Below are positions 7,442 through 13,914 of a stretch of 32,488 nt of DNA, piece after piece (within the stretch, counting starts at the first letter, position 1; each line of letters opens with the position of its first letter). This stretch comes from a virus. The notes beneath the pieces are model-generated. The model saw only the letters and a program-made list of their open reading frames with translations. It was not told the DNA's origin and ran no database searches. The DNA is taken from the UHGV virus genome UHGV-0151217. One strand, 5' to 3'. The position numbers and the translations under genes are program-made.

Positions 7442-8152
7442 ATGAAAAATAAATACATCGCCAAAATTAAAAAGCTGTTACGCCTTGCAAGAGGGACATC
7501 AAGCCCGGAAGAAGCCGCTAACGCTATTGCAAAAGCCCAGGCTTATATGCGCCAGCATGGTATCAGCGAAAACGACGCGGAATTGTTCGACATTCAGGAC
7601 GCTGCCAGCGCGGGTGCGCCGAGTGATGCCAGTACACCGCCGCGTTATATGCACATCCTGTGTGACCTGGTCTGTAAAGCCTTCGGTGTCGAGTGTTACA
7701 TCTCCGGCGAATACCGGGCTTCTGGTTCACTCAAACGTTACGTTCGTTTTTATGGTCCTGACAGCCGCCCGGAAATCGCGGCCTACGCGTTTGATGTGCT
7801 TTCCCGTCAGATGATGGCAGAGCGCAAGAAATATCAGGATAAACACTGCAAACGTTGCGGTCCGTCCACGCGGGTGGCCCGTGGCGACCAGTTCTGCGAA
7901 GGCTGGGGCTTTGGTGCCCGTGATGTCATTGCGGTGTATGACGTCTCCCCGGAAGAAAAAAGCCGCCTTGAGCTTTACAGAAAGAACCTGCACAGCACCA
8001 AGGGACTGCGCGACGGGGATATGCGCACCGCTAAAGCGTGCCGGGGTGCAGAGTCTGCCGCTACAGCCGGTTTTATCGCCGGGAAAAACGCCAGACTGCA
8101 TCAGGGGGTTAATGGTCAGAGCAACAAAACGCTGGCACTGGGGAGGGTGTAA
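7442..8152 (+). CDS. DUF2786-like protein (phage accessory protein of unknown function)
   Basis: N-terminus KIKKLLRLARGTSSPEEAANAIAKAQAYMRQHGI matches my memory of the DUF2786 signature. Central cysteines (HCKRCG ... QFCEGWG) suggest a metal-binding module. Confidence 0.7.
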   Translation: MKNKYIAKIKKLLRLARGTSSPEEAANAIAKAQAYMRQHGISENDAELFDIQDAASAGAPSDASTPPRYMHILCDLVCKAFGVECYISGEYRASGSLKRYVRFYGPDSRPEIAAYAFDVLSRQMMAERKKYQDKHCKRCGPSTRVARGDQFCEGWGFGARDVIAVYDVSPEEKSRLELYRKNLHSTKGLRDGDMRTAKACRGAESAATAGFIAGKNARLHQGVNGQSNKTLALGRV

Positions 8153-8154
8153 CG

Positions 8155-8382
8155 ATGGCTTTTAAACTTCTCAGTGTTACCGAAGCAATATACCAGCCGC
8201 CCGGAGAACGCCACGAATACAGGATGAATGACGGTAGCGCGGCGGTTGAGTTCCCTGAATATCCGGGGGCTTCCCGGTGGCGGTTCTATGACAGTGCGGG
8301 ACGCCGGATTATTAAAAGAACCGTGCACAACGCCATGAAAGCTGCTGTAGAACGTCACAAAAGAAGGTTTAACTGCAAATGA
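8155..8382 (+). CDS. Hypothetical protein
   Basis: 75-aa ORF with RBS GGGAGGG. Packed tightly between neighbours. Confidence 0.55.
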   Translation: MAFKLLSVTEAIYQPPGERHEYRMNDGSAAVEFPEYPGASRWRFYDSAGRRIIKRTVHNAMKAAVERHKRRFNCK

Positions 8383-8609
8383 ATATTGAATTTTATGACT
8401 ACGGAGTCACCGCAAAAATCATTGTTACCTGCTGGTTCTGGGAGTTCCGCCGCTATCGCCGGGTTGTGGATGCGGCGCTGTTTGTTGCTCCTGAAGTGCG
8501 CCATGAGAGCGGTGGCGGTCTTTTAATGAGAACAGTCATCACCGGTAAAACGGTTCCGATGTTACGGGCGTTTAAGGTGGCAAAACAGGAGGCTGGCAAT
8601 GGTCATTGA
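8379..8609 (+). CDS. Hypothetical protein
   Basis: 76-aa ORF with ATGA overlap to the upstream stop. Confidence 0.5.
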   Translation: MNIEFYDYGVTAKIIVTCWFWEFRRYRRVVDAALFVAPEVRHESGGGLLMRTVITGKTVPMLRAFKVAKQEAGNGH

Positions 8610-8889
8610 TAAAACGATAACGATAGATGTAGCCATGAATACAGGTCTGGCGCTTATCGGTTATGGCTATATCATTTTTATGTCATTCAGGTGGTTGATT
8701 TCTTCGTTCTTTAAGCAATGTGAAAAACGTCGCCGCAAAGACAAGCGCGTGAAGGCGCTAAATGCGTTTAATGACGCTTTTGATATTGACCGTATGCAGC
8801 AGGGAGATCCGGCACGCGTAATTACCCTGGGAGATATCGTGATTTTGGTATACCGGAGTGAAAAAAATGAGCAGGAGGCGGCGCAGTGA
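8599..8889 (+). CDS. Hypothetical small membrane protein
   Basis: 96 aa, RBS AGGAGG 7 nt upstream. One predicted N-terminal transmembrane segment (LALIGYGYIIFMSFRWLISSFF) followed by a basic stretch. Confidence 0.55.
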   Translation: MVIDKTITIDVAMNTGLALIGYGYIIFMSFRWLISSFFKQCEKRRRKDKRVKALNAFNDAFDIDRMQQGDPARVITLGDIVILVYRSEKNEQEAAQ

Positions 8890-9194
8890 ACCAGCAAACC
8901 AGAATAAGCGATAAGAGCCTGACCAGACTGATTGCCGATGCTGACAAAATGCTTGATATGCGCGGGCCGATTGTAGACAGAGAGTGGTGGACGCTCTTAC
9001 GGCAGTCCCTGCTGGAGCTTCAGGAATACCGGAGAGCAGGAATCATTCCGGTGACACCGGGAGCAAAAGAGCATCAGCTCAGGGAGCTGGTTAATAAATT
9101 ACGCGATGTGGCAATCAAATACCACGGAACGCAGCAATTACGGGCGCATATTGCAAAAACAGTAATCCGTTCAGGACTGATTTCAGGGGAATAA
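8886..9194 (+). CDS. Hypothetical protein
   Basis: 102-aa ORF from a GTG start overlapping the upstream stop (GTGA), with AGGAGG upstream. Confidence 0.5.
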   Translation: MNQQTRISDKSLTRLIADADKMLDMRGPIVDREWWTLLRQSLLELQEYRRAGIIPVTPGAKEHQLRELVNKLRDVAIKYHGTQQLRAHIAKTVIRSGLISGE

Positions 9195-9198
9195 TCAG

Positions 9199-9381
9199 AT
9201 GAAAAACCGTAAAGCAAAAATTCTTTTGACCTGTAGAAACGCTCGCGGCGTCCAGCAATGGCTAAAACTCAGTAACCGCAGAATGGGTTTGTTCACAAAC
9301 ACAGCTGATATTGTGATGTGTTCCCTTAACAAGCCCAGCGCAGCCCAAAATCGCTGGAAGAATCACACTAACGCAAAGTAA
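9199..9381 (+). CDS. Hypothetical small basic protein
   Basis: 60-aa ORF with RBS CAGGGGAA. Confidence 0.45.
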   Translation: MKNRKAKILLTCRNARGVQQWLKLSNRRMGLFTNTADIVMCSLNKPSAAQNRWKNHTNAK

Positions 9382-9399
9382 TTAAATAATAACCAACAG

Positions 9400-9445
9400 C
9401 AGACCAAAACATATGTTTTGGTCTGCCAAAAATGATGTTTTGGTC
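9400..9445. promoter_or_regulatory. Operator-like site: 26-bp perfect palindrome plus a third half-site
   Basis: CAGACCAAAACAT|ATGTTTTGGTCTG (9400-9425) and a further GTTTTGGTC at 9437-9445, just downstream of an AT-rich -10-like stretch (TAATTAAATAAT) and directly upstream of ATG 9449. Confidence 0.4.
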
Positions 9446-9448
9446 ATT

Positions 9449-9727
9449 ATGAAGATTGAACAAATCGGAATGGCAGCTTTCAGGCAACAGGCTGAAAGCG
9501 GTGGCGTGGATGAGTTCGTCGTGCAGCGGTTCGGGGGTGTGTATCACCTCTTCGCTGTGAATCGCCGCGCCGGGGTGTCCTATTTTCTACAGGAACGCCG
9601 TGGCGATTACAAGACGTGGCTGTCTCTTGACCGTGCCGCCGCGTTCCTGTCGGGGATTGGTGTTTCACGTTTTACCGTGCGTTTTGAGGATAACAAACAT
9701 GCAGAAAAAGATGATCGGGGCCATTAA
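9449..9727 (+). CDS. Hypothetical protein (start uncertain)
   Basis: ORF open from 9413 with in-frame ATGs at 9413, 9449 and 9470 and no clear RBS. 3' end overlaps gemA by 29 nt. Confidence 0.4.
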   Translation: MKIEQIGMAAFRQQAESGGVDEFVVQRFGGVYHLFAVNRRAGVSYFLQERRGDYKTWLSLDRAAAFLSGIGVSRFTVRFEDNKHAEKDDRGH

Positions 9728-10112
9728 AGCCGGTCAGGCATATCTGGGGTGGGATGATGCTCTTTATCGCCAGACACTGATCCGCCTGACAGGTAAAACC
9801 AGCACCACACGCTGCAATCTCGATGAACTGCGCATCATCCGGGAATACATGCACGAACAGGGATTTCCGCGCAAGGCCCCCGCTGGTAAAGGTCGCCGCC
9901 CTCGTGTTGCAATGAGCAGAAAATCGGTATTATCCAAAATTGAAGCGTTACTGGCTGATGCCGGTCGTTCCTGGGCGTATGCGGAAGGACTGGCATCTCA
10001 CATGTATAAGCAACATGTGATCGAATGGCTGACGGATGAACAGCTTTTCGGGGTGATGGTGGCGCTGACAAAAGACGCCAGAAAACGAGTCAGAGCAGCA
10101 CGTAAACAATAA
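9699..10112 (+). CDS. gemA: GemA-like regulatory protein (DUF1018 family)
   Basis: 137 aa from ATG 9699 with RBS GAGGA. MIGAIKAGQAYLGWDDALYRQTLIRLTGKTS... matches the GemA/DUF1018 pattern, and the position before Mor/C matches Mu. Confidence 0.7.
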   Translation: MQKKMIGAIKAGQAYLGWDDALYRQTLIRLTGKTSTTRCNLDELRIIREYMHEQGFPRKAPAGKGRRPRVAMSRKSVLSKIEALLADAGRSWAYAEGLASHMYKQHVIEWLTDEQLFGVMVALTKDARKRVRAARKQ

Positions 10113-10118
10113 AGAATC

Positions 10119-10145
10119 AGCCCCTGCCTTGCAGGGGCTTTTTTG
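10119..10145 (+). terminator. Rho-independent terminator after gemA
   Basis: AGCCCCTGC-CTT-GCAGGGGCT hairpin followed by TTTTTT. Confidence 0.6.
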
Positions 10146-10150
10146 TGGTC

Positions 10151-10178
10151 TGTACAGGCGATCATGTATGGCTATAAT
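10151..10178 (+). promoter_or_regulatory. Candidate sigma70 promoter upstream of the Mor/C-family gene (possible middle promoter)
   Basis: Perfect TATAAT at 10173-10178 with TGTACA 16 bp upstream, 30 bp before ATG 10208. Confidence 0.35.
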
Positions 10179-10207
10179 AACAGTAAGTTACTACCGGAGA
10201 CGCCATC

Positions 10208-10675
10208 ATGCAGACCTTCAGTGAAACAGATCTTCGCGATGCGCAGGCACTGCTGCCCGATTCCGTGCAGCAACTGATTAGCGTGATTGGCTTCCCCGCC
10301 ATGACCCGGTTGATTCGTTCTTTTGGTGGCGTGACGTTAAGCGGTAAAACCGGCGCACACGCCGAACGTACTGGCGGTGTCCATGCCCTGTTACATGACG
10401 TGCTGACCGAAGACGAAATCAACAAACTGATCCGCTTTCTTGGCGGTGCTCCGTTTTACATTCCCCGTTGCGATCATGCGTTACGTGCTCTGCGTAACGC
10501 CCGTTTTATGGCTGATTTACAGCAGCATATCAGAGACGGATTTTCACACCGGCAGGCGCTGGCACTGCTTTGTCCCCGTTACGGGATTTCAGACCGGTAC
10601 GCATGGCAGCTGATACACCGACGACAAAAACAGACTTCGCTGAAAAGCCCCACCCAGGTGGGGCTTTTTGATTAA
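10208..10675 (+). CDS. Mor/C-family transcriptional activator of late (or middle) genes
   Basis: C-terminal LIRFLGGAPFYIPRCDHALRALRNARFMADL...YGISDRYAWQLIHRR aligns with the Mu Mor/C HTH region (...HLGGGQVYIPRG...). Which of Mor or C it corresponds to is unresolved. Confidence 0.8.
   Translation: MQTFSETDLRDAQALLPDSVQQLISVIGFPAMTRLIRSFGGVTLSGKTGAHAERTGGVHALLHDVLTEDEINKLIRFLGGAPFYIPRCDHALRALRNARFMADLQQHIRDGFSHRQALALLCPRYGISDRYAWQLIHRRQKQTSLKSPTQVGLFD
10646..10670 (+). terminator. Rho-independent terminator at the end of the Mor/C-family gene
   Basis: AGCCCCACC-CAG-GTGGGGCT hairpin followed by TTTTT, overlapping the last codons. Confidence 0.55.
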
Positions 10676-10701
10676 TGGGCCTCAGAAAAAAGGAGACACT
10701 T

Positions 10702-10980
10702 ATGACCAACTATACGGCACTTGGCGAGTATACAGCCTACTCAGAGCAGGCCCGGGATGCTGCCGGACGCCGCTTCGCTTATATGAAAAATCTGGCCAGC
10801 CAGCTAAACCGAATGGCCGAACAACCGGATATGGTTGTTCAGGAAGAAGCGTTGCAGTGTGCCATTGCTGACATCATCGCCAGCGAAAACGAGATGCGTG
10901 CAGCGATGGAAAAGGCGAACGCCTCTGCTCCGCTTTGTAATAAACCTCTTATTACGCCGGATTCTCTTTCCCGCTTCTGA
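10702..10980 (+). CDS. Hypothetical protein
   Basis: 92 aa from ATG 10702 with RBS AAGGAG. The ORF is open from 10675. Confidence 0.5.
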   Translation: MTNYTALGEYTAYSEQARDAAGRRFAYMKNLASQLNRMAEQPDMVVQEEALQCAIADIIASENEMRAAMEKANASAPLCNKPLITPDSLSRF

Positions 10981-11000
10981 TTTATCACCCCGCCGCCGCG

Positions 11001-11027
11001 GGGTGCTGAACTCCCTCAGCAGTACCC
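11001..11027 (+). promoter_or_regulatory. Conserved late-region motif, copy A (candidate activator-dependent late promoter element)
   Basis: GGGTGCTGAACTCCCTCAGCAGTACCC, 24/27 identical to copy B at 19005-19031. Lies upstream of the lysis cassette. Confidence 0.4.
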
Positions 11028-11162
11028 ACCACACCAGACCGTTTACCCTGTCCACTCAGACCACAAGGCACCTTAAGGGATAGCGCCCTGCAAAAGGCTT
11101 CTGTGCCTTTGACAGGGTGTTATTTACGGGCCGTCAGTGGCTCAGATTTACAGGAGAAACTC

Positions 11163-11555
11163 ATGTCTGAACCCTTATCAGGCGGTGGAGCTGTGGCAGT
11201 CACCATTGGTGGTGCCAGTGTGTTTGGTCTTCTCACCAATACCGATTTCGGGGTTGTGGTGGGCGCGTTTGCCGGGGCGCTTTTTGTTGTCACGCAGCAG
11301 AAAGAAATCCCGGTCTGGCGAATGGCCATCCACCTGCTCGTCGCATTTGTGGTTGGCGTTCTGGGGGCTGGCGTGGCTGCGTCACTGATGCAGTGGCTGA
11401 CCCACTACAACGACAAGCCGCTCGATGCATTGTGTGCGGTCGGTGTCTCGGCGTTATCCATCAAGATACTGACCTTTCTTTATCAACAGGAAATTTCATC
11501 GCTGTTCGGCCTGTTTTCCAGACTGCGCGGCGGAGGGGGTGGAAATGGAAAGTAG
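11163..11555 (+). CDS. Putative holin / lysis membrane protein
   Basis: 130 aa with RBS CAGGAGAAA, about three hydrophobic segments and a Gly-rich C-terminus. First gene of the lysis block. Confidence 0.5.
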   Translation: MSEPLSGGGAVAVTIGGASVFGLLTNTDFGVVVGAFAGALFVVTQQKEIPVWRMAIHLLVAFVVGVLGAGVAASLMQWLTHYNDKPLDALCAVGVSALSIKILTFLYQQEISSLFGLFSRLRGGGGGNGK

Positions 11556-11823
11556 CCTTGCCGGTATCGTGAACGTCTGGCTGTGTCTCACCATTGTTCT
11601 GGGGTTGTTTGTGTATCGCCGCCACGGTGCGGCGCACAAACCGATGATTACCTGGCTGGCGTACTGGCTGATGCTCGGCTACGTCATCATCCCGTTCCGC
11701 TGGCTGTCCGGTACATACACGCAATCCAGCTGGCTGGTTGTGGCGCTGAATCTGGTTTTCTGTGCGCTTATCGTGTGGGCGCACGGGAATTTGTCAAAAA
11801 TCCTTTCGTTATTGCGGAGGTGA
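11545..11823 (+). CDS. Small membrane protein (lysis-associated)
   Basis: About 92 aa, strongly hydrophobic, with GGAGGGGG upstream. Start may be GTG 11539 instead of ATG 11545. Confidence 0.5.
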   Translation: MESSLAGIVNVWLCLTIVLGLFVYRRHGAAHKPMITWLAYWLMLGYVIIPFRWLSGTYTQSSWLVVALNLVFCALIVWAHGNLSKILSLLRR

Positions 11824-11825
11824 AT

Positions 11826-12203
11826 ATGTCGGGAAAATTCCGTTTCAGTCAACGTAGCGAGAAAAATCTGGCTGACGTAAAGCCACAACTGGTGGCAGTT
11901 GTACGCCGTGCGCTGGCGTTGTCGGACGTCGATTTTGGTATTACCGAAGGTTTACGCACGAAAGAACGTCAGAAACAACTTGTCGCTGAAGGCAAGAGCC
12001 AGACCATGAACAGCCGTCACCTTACTGGCGATGCCGTTGATGTCGTGGCTTACGTTGGTAGCACTATTTCATGGGACTGGCCGTTATACGAAAAAATCGC
12101 CCGTGCCTTTAAACAGGCTGCCGCAGAGCTGGGTGTCGCCATCGAATGGGGCGGAGACTGGAAAACGCTGAAAGACGGGCCTCATTTCCAGTTAAAACGC
12201 TGA
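11826..12203 (+). CDS. Endolysin, peptidase M15-type (L-alanyl-D-glutamate / D-Ala-D-Ala peptidase family)
   Basis: 125 aa with RBS GGAGGTGA. DVDFGITEGLRTKERQKQLVAEGKSQTMNSRHLTGDAVDV matches the zinc-peptidase (VanY/M15-like) endolysin signature. Confidence 0.8.
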   Translation: MSGKFRFSQRSEKNLADVKPQLVAVVRRALALSDVDFGITEGLRTKERQKQLVAEGKSQTMNSRHLTGDAVDVVAYVGSTISWDWPLYEKIARAFKQAAAELGVAIEWGGDWKTLKDGPHFQLKR

Positions 12204-12216
12204 TGCGGGACGGGTT

Positions 12217-12399
12217 ATGAACAGAAGTCGCTGGCCCCACAGAACGCCACGTAAAGCCGCGCGCTGTGTTCTGGCCCTGTTTCTGATGATGTTGCTTCCG
12301 GTGGGATGCTCAGACATTAACAGAGCGGGCCAGCTGTTTGACGCGGCGGCGCAGGTCTGCCGGATTATTGACGGTATCCGGCAGTGTTCGCAGAACTGA
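12217..12399 (+). CDS. Putative lipoprotein (o-spanin-like)
   Basis: 60 aa with a signal peptide and lipobox (LLPVGC), immediately downstream of the endolysin. Confidence 0.55.
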   Translation: MNRSRWPHRTPRKAARCVLALFLMMLLPVGCSDINRAGQLFDAAAQVCRIIDGIRQCSQN

Positions 12400-12419
12400 T
12401 TTTTTGAAGGTCTGACACA

Positions 12420-12626
12420 GTGAGCATTATCAGATTTACAGAATACACAGGTTCAGGAGGTGCTGGCGCTGTCATGGTGCTCGCTGAACGAATCACCCAT
12501 TTTTACCGTCAGTACGGTACACATGATGGCACGGTCATTGAACTGGATACCGGGAAAAACGTATTTGTTCTTGAAAATCCCGACGAAGTTCAGCGCAGGA
12601 TTGAACAGGCTCAGAAGGACACTTAA
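12420..12626 (+). CDS. Hypothetical protein
   Basis: 68-aa ORF from a GTG start. Its stop overlaps the next start (TAATG). Confidence 0.4.
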   Translation: MSIIRFTEYTGSGGAGAVMVLAERITHFYRQYGTHDGTVIELDTGKNVFVLENPDEVQRRIEQAQKDT

Positions 12627-13126
12627 TGGCGTGGTCACAGGATATCAGGGACAAAGTCCGTAACGGGTACATCTTTGACCAGCTTCCGCTGGATATCGTC
12701 GCCATGAAGTACGCCGTGCCGCACGACACCGCGCGGCGCTGGAAAACGCAGGCGATGAAGAACGGCGACGACTGGGACAAGCTGCGGGCCGCGCACGCGC
12801 TCGCCGGTGACGGGCTGGAAAGTGTCGCCCGCACCGTGCTTATCAGTCTGGTGGTGAAGTGTCAGACGACGCTTGAACGGCTGAACCAGAACCCGGACAT
12901 CCCGCCGCAGGAGTCCGTCGAACTGCTGGCGAGTCTGTCCGACAGTCTCAGTAAGGCGGTGGCCAGCAGTAAAAAAATCCTGCCGGAAACCGACCGGCTC
13001 GCCACGGCACTGGAAGTGGTGCAGCGGCTCGGCGCGTTCATCAAGGAGCGTCACCCGACGCAGTATGCCCCGTTTCTTGAGGTGCTCGAAGGCTTCGCTA
13101 AAGAGCTTGAGGATAATTTCAGTTAA
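12626..13126 (+). CDS. Mu gp27-like protein (putative small terminase / DNA-binding packaging protein)
   Basis: 166 aa with RBS GAAGGA, an N-terminal HTH-like segment, and a position upstream of the large terminase. Confidence 0.55.
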   Translation: MAWSQDIRDKVRNGYIFDQLPLDIVAMKYAVPHDTARRWKTQAMKNGDDWDKLRAAHALAGDGLESVARTVLISLVVKCQTTLERLNQNPDIPPQESVELLASLSDSLSKAVASSKKILPETDRLATALEVVQRLGAFIKERHPTQYAPFLEVLEGFAKELEDNFS

Positions 13127-13172
13127 CCACAGCGGCCCGGTTTTCCGGGTCGTCTGATATTCGGGATTTGTA

Positions 13173-13913
13173 ATGCAAAAACAGATTATTGGTAACGCAA
13201 CGTTGTATTGCGGTGATGTTCTTGATGTGCTGCCGGCGTTATCCGAACGTTTTGATGCCGTCATTACCGACCCGCCTTACAGCAGTGGTGGTACACACAA
13301 ATCAGACCGCAGCATGGCCCCTTCGGACAAGTATATCGGTCACACCCAGTATGCCGAGTTCACCGGCGATAACCGCGACCAGCGCAGCTGGGCGTTCTGG
13401 TGTTCCATGTGGATATCTCATGCATTGCACAGGCTGAATTCCGGCGGTTATTTCATGGTGTTCAGTGACTGGCGACAACTACCGGCGCTTACAGATGCAT
13501 TTCAGGCCGGTGGTGTGCTGTGGCGTGGTCTGGTTGTCTGGGATAAAACGCAGGCTTCCCGTGCGCCACACACTGGCTATTTTCGGCATCAGGCCGAGTA
13601 TGTGGTCTGGGGCAGCAACGGAAAACTCGACAAATGCCCGCACGGTGGCCCGTTCCCGGGTGTGATTACGCAGCGTGTCGTCCCGTCCGAAAAACTGCAC
13701 ATGACCGCAAAGCCGGTTCAGCTGATGGCTGAGCTGGTTAAACCGCTGACACCGGATGCGCACGTCCTTGATCCGTTTATGGGAAGCGGCACTACCGCCA
13801 TCCCTGTACTTGCCCGTGGCGGACGGTTTACCGGCATTGAAATGACTAACCAGTATTTTGATATCGCCTGCGCACGAATCGAAAAAGCCCAGACAGAAGC
13901 AGTGCAGGTGTGA
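13173..13913 (+). CDS. DNA methyltransferase (amino-MTase, beta-class: N6-adenine or N4-cytosine)
   Basis: Catalytic motif IV DPPY (ITDPPYSSGG) near the N-terminus and AdoMet motif I (DPFMGSGTT) near the C-terminus. This order is typical of beta-class enzymes such as the CcrM/HinfI type. No adjacent restriction gene. Confidence 0.85.
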   Translation: MQKQIIGNATLYCGDVLDVLPALSERFDAVITDPPYSSGGTHKSDRSMAPSDKYIGHTQYAEFTGDNRDQRSWAFWCSMWISHALHRLNSGGYFMVFSDWRQLPALTDAFQAGGVLWRGLVVWDKTQASRAPHTGYFRHQAEYVVWGSNGKLDKCPHGGPFPGVITQRVVPSEKLHMTAKPVQLMAELVKPLTPDAHVLDPFMGSGTTAIPVLARGGRFTGIEMTNQYFDIACARIEKAQTEAVQV

Positions 13914-13914
13914 C

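Noticed and set aside
10981-11000. CACCCCGC-CGCC-GCGGGGTG hairpin as an intrinsic terminator
   Set aside because: Good GC stem but no following T-run. It directly abuts late-motif copy A, so it may be part of that regulatory region rather than a terminator.
11103-11162. Longer N-terminal extension of the holin-like ORF, and a perfect TTGACA at 11109-11114
   Set aside because: The extension has no RBS, whereas ATG 11163 is preceded by CAGGAGAAA. The TTGACA has no acceptable -10 hexamer at 16-18 bp spacing, so I did not call a promoter.
12635-13264. 209-aa minus-strand ORF
   Set aside because: Antisense to the gp27-like gene and to the 5' end of the methyltransferase gene, both of which carry recognisable motifs in the + frame.
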